A stretch of 12,321 nt of DNA, taken from the NCBI GenBank assembly GCA_050178385.1, contig JBFXGD010000102.1, forward strand, positions 1-12,321, given 5' to 3'. The notes beneath the pieces are model-generated. The model was not told where the DNA came from. It searched no databases and worked only from the letters and a program-made list of their open reading frames with translations. The stretch is from Calditrichaceae bacterium (GTDB taxonomy: Bacteria > Calditrichota > Calditrichia > Calditrichales > JBFXGD01). Below are positions 1 through 7,474 of this stretch, one piece after another. The stretch's first letter is position 1. Each line of letters begins with the position of its first letter. Made by a program: the position numbers and the translations under genes.

Positions 1-1143
1 AATTTCCATCATCAGATTCCGGAGTACCGAATTACCCCGCTAAAAAGCTTGCCCCATCTTGCATTAATGCAGAATCTCGGTGGAATTTGGGTAAAAGATG
101 AATCACAGCGCCTAAATTTAAACTCCATTAAAGTGTTAGGAGGTTCATTTGCAATCTATCGTTTTCTCAAAACGCGATTAAATCTGGATCATACAGAAAT
201 GACTCTGGCCGAATTAACTTCCGAAAAAATAAGGAAGAAATTGGGTAAGATCACTATTGCAGCGGCTACGGACGGAAATCATGGAATGGGTATTGCCTGG
301 TCCGCGCGCCAGCTGGGATATGATTCTATTATTTACGTACATAAACACACAACCGCACCCCGTATTAAGGCTATTGAAAGAAATGGCGCAAAAGTTGTTA
401 TTATCGACGGCACTTATGATGATGCTGTGCGCCGGGTAACCAGGGATGCACTGAAGAATGACTGGCAGGTAATTTCAGATACATCTTGGGATGGATACGA
501 AGATATTCCTAAATGGGTAATGCAGGGCTATACCACCATGTTTTCTGAAACACAGGAACAATTTGCAGCACAGGGGATTAACAAACCGACTCATATTTTT
601 ATGCAGGCGGGAGTAGGCGCTTTAGCGGCATCAACAATTGGCTATTACCGACAGATTTTTGGAGCTGATTCTCCAAAATTTGTTGTTGTAGAACCTACCA
701 ATGCCGCCTGCCTGTATCAATCGGCAAAAATCTTTGATGGTGAGCCCCATAGTTTTGATGGAAAATTAAATACCATGATGGCAGGATTGGCATGTGGAGA
801 TCCCAGTCCCCTTGCCTGGAAAATTCTAAAAGACTTCGCGGATGTATTTGTAACCTGTCCGGATTATGTGGCGGCAAAAGGAATGCGCGTTTATGGGGTC
901 CCGCTAAATGGCGATCCTTTTATAGTTTCCGGTGAATCAGGCGCTGTAACACTTGGAGCGTTAATGTTTATGATGTCACTACCCGAATACCTGCCCTTGC
1001 GAAAGCACCTTGATTTGGGACCGGATTCACGAATTTTGCTTCTTAATACCGAAGGAAATACCGACCCCGATGATTTCCGTCAGGTTGTATGGGAAGGCAG
1101 CAATCCTGTACCAAAACCTTTTAGAATGGCAAAGAGGTTGTAA
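1..1143 (+). CDS. dpaL: Diaminopropionate ammonia-lyase (PLP-dependent, fold type II), 5'-partial
   Basis: Frame 1 is open from base 1 (NFHHQIPEYRITPLKSLPHL...), so the TTG at 49 is not the true start and the gene begins left of the window. Motifs: TPL, KDESQRLNLNSxKVLGGS (PLP Lys, codon 130-132), ATDGNHG, GTYDDAV, ISDTSWDGY, QAGVG, GLACG, SGESGA, NTEGNTDP. Stop TAA 1141-1143, followed in frame by TGA TAA. Confidence 0.93.
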   Translation, partial: NFHHQIPEYRITPLKSLPHLALMQNLGGIWVKDESQRLNLNSIKVLGGSFAIYRFLKTRLNLDHTEMTLAELTSEKIRKKLGKITIAAATDGNHGMGIAWSARQLGYDSIIYVHKHTTAPRIKAIERNGAKVVIIDGTYDDAVRRVTRDALKNDWQVISDTSWDGYEDIPKWVMQGYTTMFSETQEQFAAQGINKPTHIFMQAGVGALAASTIGYYRQIFGADSPKFVVVEPTNAACLYQSAKIFDGEPHSFDGKLNTMMAGLACGDPSPLAWKILKDFADVFVTCPDYVAAKGMRVYGVPLNGDPFIVSGESGAVTLGALMFMMSLPEYLPLRKHLDLGPDSRILLLNTEGNTDPDDFRQVVWEGSNPVPKPFRMAKRL

Positions 1144-1453
1144 TGATAAGAATCTTTATATAAAGAGATGATATCGATACATCGGCTCTCCATTCATATA
1201 TTTATCAGAAAATACCGGCGGGCCGATAAACGCGGATTTACCCGAAGGTCGTTTCGGAGGTGGCAGATTTTTTTTGCTGGACATCCATAAATGCATGACC
1301 TATATTGAGTTCGTTACCTTTTTGAATTTTATTAAGTATGAGTGGTCTCCGTTAGATAAAACATCAATACAATTTTGAAAAATAAAATATTTTGAAATGT
1401 GGTAATATCTTATCATTGCATTAATAGTATTCCTTATTGATTGGGGGATTATT

Positions 1454-2278
1454 ATGAGAAACCTGTCTGTTTACTTCATCATGCTTCTGCTCATCACAAG
1501 TTTTACAGGTTGCGACGATGATTCAAATGATAATTTGAATTTTGAATATCCGACCACCATCGGCTCAAAATGGCACCATCAAAGAATTATGCAAACAATA
1601 AATTTTGACTCGGACAGCCTGGAACAAATTTACGGGTTCAATGACACAACCCTCATAATATCGGAAATTACAGGATCAGCCATTCTGCGGGATTCCATAG
1701 AAACTATCGTTCTCAACAGCGACGGATCCAGACATTATTATCAGGTCAAAACAGACGGACTTTATATGATCGCTTATGAAAATGCAGGTGTGGGGGCACT
1801 AATCCTTCCAAAGCGGACGCTTTACACCAATTTGTCATTCAAAAATCAACATTTTTCAGGCTTAGAAGAGTTTAGTAAGGTCCTGCTGCAACAATTACCG
1901 CTCACAAAACTGGTGTCTGATTCCATCATCTTTGAGGAACCGCCCGCGCTCACTTTAAAATATCCTCTACAAACAGGAACCAGATGGAATTACAGGGAAT
2001 CAAATTTCCCGTTTAAAATTGAAAAACAGGTCACCGGGCAAACCATCCTGAATTTAGATATTGGTTCTTTTGAGTGTTACCGGATACAATGGTATTATGA
2101 TTTCGACAATGACGGATTTATCGATTATGATATATCCATCGAAGATTATATCAGCAAAGAGGGTCTCATCAAACGGTCAATATCAGCAATTGATGTGATC
2201 AATATGAATGAAGATGGCCAACAGGTCGGACTGTTTGATTTTTTTGATACTTATACCTTAACGGAGCTTTTTTTGTAG
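1454..2278 (+). CDS. Hypothetical lipoprotein, beta-strand rich (possibly DUF3108-like)
   Basis: 274-aa ORF with a G-rich SD-like tract (GGGGGA) upstream. Type II signal peptide MRNLSVYFIMLLLITSFTG|C (Cys codon 1511-1513). Two YPxxxGxxW motifs, a GSFECYRI segment and a Y-x4-GLIK segment. The family name is inference. Confidence 0.8.
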   Translation: MRNLSVYFIMLLLITSFTGCDDDSNDNLNFEYPTTIGSKWHHQRIMQTINFDSDSLEQIYGFNDTTLIISEITGSAILRDSIETIVLNSDGSRHYYQVKTDGLYMIAYENAGVGALILPKRTLYTNLSFKNQHFSGLEEFSKVLLQQLPLTKLVSDSIIFEEPPALTLKYPLQTGTRWNYRESNFPFKIEKQVTGQTILNLDIGSFECYRIQWYYDFDNDGFIDYDISIEDYISKEGLIKRSISAIDVINMNEDGQQVGLFDFFDTYTLTELFL

Positions 2279-2377
2279 AGCGCGGATGATTTGACACAAC
2301 TGACCATTTTGATATCTGCTGTACTTATTTTTTAGATTTTTATATCACTGTTAAATATTTAGGGGGGATCTTCAACA

Positions 2378-2884
2378 GTGAAAAAACATCATATTTTCAT
2401 ACTGATCATTATATCTGCCACGTCCCTGTCCTCGCAGGAACTTATATTTGGAATGTCTTATCCCGCATTATCATATTCCCAGGGGTATGAGAACATTTCT
2501 TCTGAAAAAGAATCTGTTTTATACGGCGTCGGTATTTCGGTTGAAATTTTTGTCAACGAATTTCATAATCAACTACTGCTTAAATCATCCTTCGGGATCA
2601 GCAGTTATCAAAGTTTCAAGAATAGAATGGCCAGTTTTTACAATTTATCTTTTAATACTTTTATTAATCGCATATCCAAGAATAAGTATTATTACGGTAT
2701 TGGTTTAGGGCTGCATGATTTTGTGGAATTACCGGCGGAATTTAATCAGGCTTCCATCGCCGGCAATTTCGGCATATTTGTAAAGAAAAATATTTATGCG
2801 GATTTTATTATAAATTATATGATCATGAATGAAAAGCTGCAAAACCATATCATTTCCTCATTTTCAATCGGATATCGGATTTAA
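2378..2884 (+). CDS. Hypothetical small outer-membrane beta-barrel protein
   Basis: GTG start after AGGGGGGA. Signal peptide MKKHHIFILIIISATSLSSQ. Amphipathic aromatic/Gly strands (YYYGIGLG, GNFGIF, YADF) and a C-terminal strand FSIGYRI resembling a BAM beta-signal. Very AT-rich. Confidence 0.7.
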   Translation: MKKHHIFILIIISATSLSSQELIFGMSYPALSYSQGYENISSEKESVLYGVGISVEIFVNEFHNQLLLKSSFGISSYQSFKNRMASFYNLSFNTFINRISKNKYYYGIGLGLHDFVELPAEFNQASIAGNFGIFVKKNIYADFIINYMIMNEKLQNHIISSFSIGYRI

Positions 2885-2934
2885 AATAAGTCTGTGTATT
2901 TTATATAATTCATTTTGCCTTGGAGGAAGAGACG

Positions 2935-3405
2935 ATCAAATATAACTATGTTTTCCTTCTCATCAGTCTGCTTATTATCAGTGCCTGCACTTCAGCGACT
3001 GATTTATCATTTAATAATTCCGAAACGCGAAAATCCATCCAGAGGGACGGAAGTCTCTTCACTCTTACTATTCCCCGGGCGAGTTTTAATTCGGAGGACT
3101 CACTGCAGATACAATTTGAAGTTAAATATATCGTTCCGGGGCAGAAAAGCTATGTTTTTCCAAACATCCAGCAGTTTGGCTTCAGGTTAACAGATCATTT
3201 AGACAACACCGTTATGTATTATCCGGGATTTTTCCTGCCGGCAGTAAGCCGTTTTACGCTTGGGACCGGTGAATCAAAAACATTTGAATATTCGGGGGAA
3301 TTTAAAGACCCTGACGGGCATTATATTGATAGTGGTGAATATAAATTATCCGCCTATTTAATGGGAAATTACCCTGAAGTAACATTGGAGATAGTTATCA
3401 ACTAA
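2935..3405 (+). CDS. Lipoprotein with a BsuPI-like (intracellular proteinase inhibitor) Ig-fold domain; start uncertain (ATC at 2935 or TTG at 2920)
   Basis: Lipoprotein signal KYNYVFLLISLLIISA|C. The segment LQIQFEV...F.N.QQFGF.LTD...V..Y..FFLPAV..FTL..GES.TF....DG..I..GEY.L.AYL follows the BsuPI pattern as I recall it. SD GGAGGA (2922-2927) lies 7 nt before ATC at 2935. Confidence 0.7.
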   Translation: MKYNYVFLLISLLIISACTSATDLSFNNSETRKSIQRDGSLFTLTIPRASFNSEDSLQIQFEVKYIVPGQKSYVFPNIQQFGFRLTDHLDNTVMYYPGFFLPAVSRFTLGTGESKTFEYSGEFKDPDGHYIDSGEYKLSAYLMGNYPEVTLEIVIN

Positions 3406-3551
3406 TAATTTTAGTCCATTTTAATTTAACACTAAATATGAATCGCTCTCATTTATTAAACCGACCCACATCGTATGTTGAATTTTTATTTTTTATGAAT
3501 GTCCACCCCGCTCAAACCTGTCCTTTAGCCGAAAAATAAGGAGACATCGAC

Positions 3552-5981
3552 ATGAGTGTCAAAATAAATACAGAAACAGCGCAGTTTAAAGATCCGGTCT
3601 GTAGTATGATGGTATCGGGTAACTCTAAATTCTTTTATGAGTTTGCGGATAAAAAATATTATTTCTGCAGTGAACATTGCCTGCGTGAGTTCAGGGAACA
3701 CCCGCAAAAATATTTGGTCAGGGAAACTACACCAGTTCATAAAAAAGACTCCGGGTCAACTATATACACCTGTCCAATGCACCCTGAAATTCAACAACAG
3801 GAATCAGGCAGTTGCCCTAAATGCGGTATGGCATTGGAGCCATTGGAAACAACCGCTGCCGCGACTAAGACCGAATACACCTGTCCCATGCATCCTGAGG
3901 TAGTGCAGGATCATCCGGGCAATTGCCCAAAATGTGGCATGTCACTTGAACCGGTTTTGGTAAAAGTCGAAGAAAAAAATGAAGAGCTCATCGACATGAG
4001 CCGCCGTTTTTGGGTCAGCGCGGCGCTTGCTCTTCCGGTATTTATTCTGGCGATGATAGCTGATTTAATGCATAATTGGTTACCGGATGAACTTTCCATG
4101 CAATCGGTTCAATGGATTGAGTTTACGTTAGCGACACCTGTTGTGTTATGGGGCGGCTGGCCGTTTTTTGTTCGAGGCTGGCAATCCGTTCGTACATGGA
4201 ATCTTAATATGTTTACTTTGATTGCACTTGGGGTTTCAGTCGCCTGGATATATAGTGTCGTGGCCTTGTTATTCCCGCAGATTTTTCCTCCCGTTATGAA
4301 AATGGAGGGCGAATTGGTGGATGTTTACTTTGAAGCTGCCGCAGTAATTACCGCATTGGTTCTTCTGGGGCAGGTACTTGAATTGCGCGCCCGATCACAG
4401 ACCAACGCGGCTATTCGGATGCTACTTGGACTCGCTCCAAATACTGCGCGGATCGTGCGGAAAGATGGAACGGAAGAAGATATTCCCCTGGAAAAGGTTC
4501 AACCCGGCGATACATTACGTGTTCGTCCGGGGGAGAAAATTCCTGTTGATGGGACTGTTATCGAGGGCGAAAGCAACGTGGATGAATCAATGGTCACAGG
4601 GGAACCCATTCCGGTTGCAAAATTAAGCGGTGAGAAACTGATCGGCGCGACAGTCAACGGAACAGGCAGCTTATTAATGAGGGCAGAGAATGTCGGTTCC
4701 GACACTTTATTAGCTCAAATCATTAGAATGGTCGCCGAGGCGCAACGCTCACGGGCACCGATACAAAAGCTTGCCGATGTGGTGGCTGGATTTTTTGTGC
4801 CTGCTGTTGTTGCTATCGCGGTAATCACTTTCGTTATATGGTGGATTGCGGGACCGGAGCCGCGACTTGCCCATGCGGTTGTTAATGCTGTTGCGGTACT
4901 CATTATTGCATGCCCTTGCGCGTTGGGTCTTGCCACACCCATTTCGATCATGGTGGGAACTGCCCGCGGCGCGATGGCAGGGGTATTAATAAAGAATGCC
5001 GAAGCGCTGGAGATCATGGAAAAAGTCAATACCCTGGTCGTTGACAAGACCGGGACACTCACTGAGGGTAAACCGAAACTGGTTGCAATACAGGCAGAGG
5101 ATGGATTTACCGAGGATGAAGTACTTCGTCTTTCCGCCAGTCTGGAACGCGCCAGCGAACATCCGCTGGCCGAAGCTATTGTAAACGGTGCGGAAGAAAA
5201 AGGGATTAAGCTTGTCAAAACCGATAAATTCCAGTCCATCACCGGTAAAGGCGTTACGGGTGATGTTGACGGACAGGAGGTGGCAATAGGCAATATAAAA
5301 CTGATGGATAGCCTGGGCATCGATGCCGGTGAGCTGCAACAACAGGCAAATAGAAATCGCGCCGAAGGTAAAACAGTTATGTTGGTCGCGATCAATCACA
5401 AGGCGGCCGGTTTAATTGGAGTCGCCGATCCCATCAAGGAATCAACACCGGAAGCGATCCGTAATTTACATAAAGAAGGCATCATGATAGTAATGCTGAC
5501 AGGTGATAGCCATTCAACCGCAAAAGCGGTCGCGGGCGAGCTGCAGATAGACCAGATATATGCCGAAGTATTGCCTGAGCAGAAAGCCAAAATCGTTAAA
5601 CAGCTTCTGGAAGAAGGTCGTATTGTCGCCATGGCGGGTGACGGGATCAACGATGCCCCCGCGTTGGCGCAGGCAAATGTCGGTATCGCAATGGGAACGG
5701 GTACCGATGTGGCGATGGAAAGCGCCGGTGTCACTTTAGTTAAAGGCGATTTACGGGGTATCGTCAGAGCGATACGATTAAGCCGGTCCACCATGCGCAA
5801 CATTAGACAGAACTTGTTCTTTGCATTCATTTATAACTCGGCAGGTGTCCCTGTTGCCGCGGGAATATTATATCCGTTCCTGGGGATTCTGCTGTCCCCC
5901 ATTATTGCAGCTGCGGCTATGAGTTTTAGCTCCGTTTCAGTGATTACAAATTCGCTCCGTCTCAGACGTCTGAAACTATAA
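3552..5981 (+). CDS. copA: Cu(I)/Ag(I)-exporting P1B-1 type ATPase with an N-terminal YHS domain and two YTCPMHP metal-binding domains
   Basis: 809 aa with strong SD TAAGGAG (3537-3543). YHS (DPVC.M.V...YYFCSEHC), 2x YTCPMHP..CPKCGM.LEP, TGEP, transmembrane CPC, DKTGTLT phosphorylation site, [17 protein letters not shown], and the YN and MxxSS P1B-1 metal-ligand motifs. Confidence 0.95.
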   Translation: MSVKINTETAQFKDPVCSMMVSGNSKFFYEFADKKYYFCSEHCLREFREHPQKYLVRETTPVHKKDSGSTIYTCPMHPEIQQQESGSCPKCGMALEPLETTAAATKTEYTCPMHPEVVQDHPGNCPKCGMSLEPVLVKVEEKNEELIDMSRRFWVSAALALPVFILAMIADLMHNWLPDELSMQSVQWIEFTLATPVVLWGGWPFFVRGWQSVRTWNLNMFTLIALGVSVAWIYSVVALLFPQIFPPVMKMEGELVDVYFEAAAVITALVLLGQVLELRARSQTNAAIRMLLGLAPNTARIVRKDGTEEDIPLEKVQPGDTLRVRPGEKIPVDGTVIEGESNVDESMVTGEPIPVAKLSGEKLIGATVNGTGSLLMRAENVGSDTLLAQIIRMVAEAQRSRAPIQKLADVVAGFFVPAVVAIAVITFVIWWIAGPEPRLAHAVVNAVAVLIIACPCALGLATPISIMVGTARGAMAGVLIKNAEALEIMEKVNTLVVDKTGTLTEGKPKLVAIQAEDGFTEDEVLRLSASLERASEHPLAEAIVNGAEEKGIKLVKTDKFQSITGKGVTGDVDGQEVAIGNIKLMDSLGIDAGELQQQANRNRAEGKTVMLVAINHKAAGLIGVADPIKESTPEAIRNLHKEGIMIVMLTGDSHSTAKAVAGELQIDQIYAEVLPEQKAKIVKQLLEEGRIVAMAGDGINDAPALAQANVGIAMGTGTDVAMESAGVTLVKGDLRGIVRAIRLSRSTMRNIRQNLFFAFIYNSAGVPVAAGILYPFLGILLSPIIAAAAMSFSSVSVITNSLRLRRLKL
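3765..3953 (+). repeat. Intragenic tandem duplication of a 26-codon heavy-metal-binding module (3765-3842 and 3876-3953)
   Basis: [26 protein letters not shown] versus [26 protein letters not shown], 111 bp apart. Synonymous sites have diverged, which suggests an old duplication. Confidence 0.9.
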
Positions 5982-6286
5982 AATTGATCAGCCATTTTTG
6001 ATGAAAACGACGGCCAGACATCGTCATAGCTCAATAGTTCCAACATTAACACGCGCAAAAGTGCGACGAAATGGTTATGAGCATCCCATCTCTTTCCCGC
6101 CGCGTCATTGAACCATTCGTCAAACTGAGCCCGGGCCGATGTTATTTTCCGGCCTGCTCAACAAGTACGCCTATCCTTAGTTGTAACGGTTAAATAATAC
6201 TAAGAATTATTTCCCATGTTTCCTGAGTTATCATGCTATGACCTGTAAAACTCAATTATTTATACCGGGATTCTTCAGATTAATTT

Positions 6287-6499
6287 GTGGAAGCCGAGCG
6301 CTGCGCGGTAAGGGGCTACACCAATATCTGTAATCTGACCGCCGGAAAGGATGACCGGACCTATGAACTGTGCCTGGCGATTCTCCATGAGGAAATCGAA
6401 CATGAATCATGGTTTTCCGAATTTCTCGGCGAAGGGCCTTCCGGTCATTTTATGCGCCGCGGTGAAACATCACCCTTTGTATCTAAATTCATGAGGTAA
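6287..6499 (+). pseudogene. C-terminal remnant of a Dps-like (DpsL/thioferritin) ferritin-family protein
   Basis: VEAERCAVRGYTNICNLTAGKDDRTYELCLAILHEEIEHESWFSEFLGEGPSGHF..SPFVSKF closely resembles the C-terminal part of archaeal/bacterial DpsL proteins (EAERCA, GKD.RTY, ILHEEIEHE). In-frame TAA at 6281-6283, no SD, and I found no N-terminal DpsL sequence upstream. Confidence 0.85.
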
Positions 6500-6631
6500 T
6501 GATCGCATCGGGTAAAAAGAGGTTCGAACTGTAATAGTTTGGGCCTCCAGTTTTTTCTATCAAAATTTTCAGGAAGACGCGATGATCGAACGCGTCTCAT
6601 CTGTAATCAGACAAGATTAGGGAGTCGGAAG

Positions 6632-7408
6632 ATGGTTGAAAAGGAGAAACTCGCCGAGGCGCTCGGAGTATCGCAAGAAATTTTGCCCTATTTATCTGAA
6701 CTCCTTGCCGATCTTAGTTTATTGGGTAGCTGGCCTGAGGAAATAATCGAGCTGCTAAAACCTCTTAAACTGCCAGCGCCCTTAACCAGAGTGTTGGACC
6801 TGGGCTGCGGTAAAGGTTCCGTTTCTATACCTCTTGCAGAAAAGTTGAAGTTTCAGATACGGGGAGTTGATCTTTTCTCTCCTTTTGTAAAAGAGGCGAG
6901 AAAAAACGCTAAAAAATCACCCGCATCGAACCTGTGCAAATTTGAAATCGGTGATATGCGGGATGTGTTAAAGGAACGCGCTTCCTATGATATCGTAATT
7001 TTCGCTTCTGTTGGCAGCGTGCTCGGTGATTTTGAAGAATGCGTCGGACAATTACGGAAAGCTGTCCGTCCCGGCGGTTATATGGTGATCGATGATGGAT
7101 TTCTAAGACGCGCGCGGCGGCTGGAAAGACCCGGCTATCAGCATTATCGCCCGCATAAGGAAACCATCCGGCAGCTTACAAATTATGGTGACAAACTAAT
7201 TCATGAAAAGATATATCCGCTTAGCAGACTGCGGGAATTCAATCAGAACACTACCAGTCTGATTCGCCGCAGAGCGGAAATTTTAACAGAGAAAAATCCC
7301 GGCAAGGCGGAATTATTTGCCCGATATGTGAGGTGGGAAGAATCAGAGTGCAAAATACTTGAAACGGAAACGACCTGGGCAACCTGGCTGTTACAACGAG
7401 CCGGATGA
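6632..7408 (+). CDS. Class I SAM-dependent methyltransferase
   Basis: Motif I VLDLGCGKG, GVD acidic motif, GDM, YDIVI, VRPGGYMVI. Start moved from TTG 6539 to ATG 6632 because SD AGGGAG (6619-6624) lies 7 nt upstream of it. Confidence 0.9.
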   Translation: MVEKEKLAEALGVSQEILPYLSELLADLSLLGSWPEEIIELLKPLKLPAPLTRVLDLGCGKGSVSIPLAEKLKFQIRGVDLFSPFVKEARKNAKKSPASNLCKFEIGDMRDVLKERASYDIVIFASVGSVLGDFEECVGQLRKAVRPGGYMVIDDGFLRRARRLERPGYQHYRPHKETIRQLTNYGDKLIHEKIYPLSRLREFNQNTTSLIRRRAEILTEKNPGKAELFARYVRWEESECKILETETTWATWLLQRAG

Positions 7409-7474
7409 GCCGTCAAAAATTTGACTCTGAGTTTCACCGTAAGAGTGACGGATAGTTATTCCAATCAATGACAG

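Noticed and set aside
1261..1278. Sigma54-like TGGCA...TTGCT
   Set aside because: The GG-to-GC spacing is 12 nt, and sigma54 promoters require 10.
2291..2320. Perfect TTGACA -35 hexamer upstream of the OM barrel gene
   Set aside because: No convincing -10 at 16-18 nt (the best is TATCTG), so I did not call a promoter.
3911..6058. Chain of minus-strand ORFs (3911-4099, 4499-4705, 4715-5395, 5396-5830, 5831-6058, and 4986-5399)
   Set aside because: Mostly in-register antisense shadows of copA with Ser/Ala/Thr/Pro-rich unnatural composition, expected from codon bias.
6539..6631. N-terminal extension of the methyltransferase from TTG 6539
   Set aside because: No SD at 6539, whereas ATG 6632 has a well-spaced SD.
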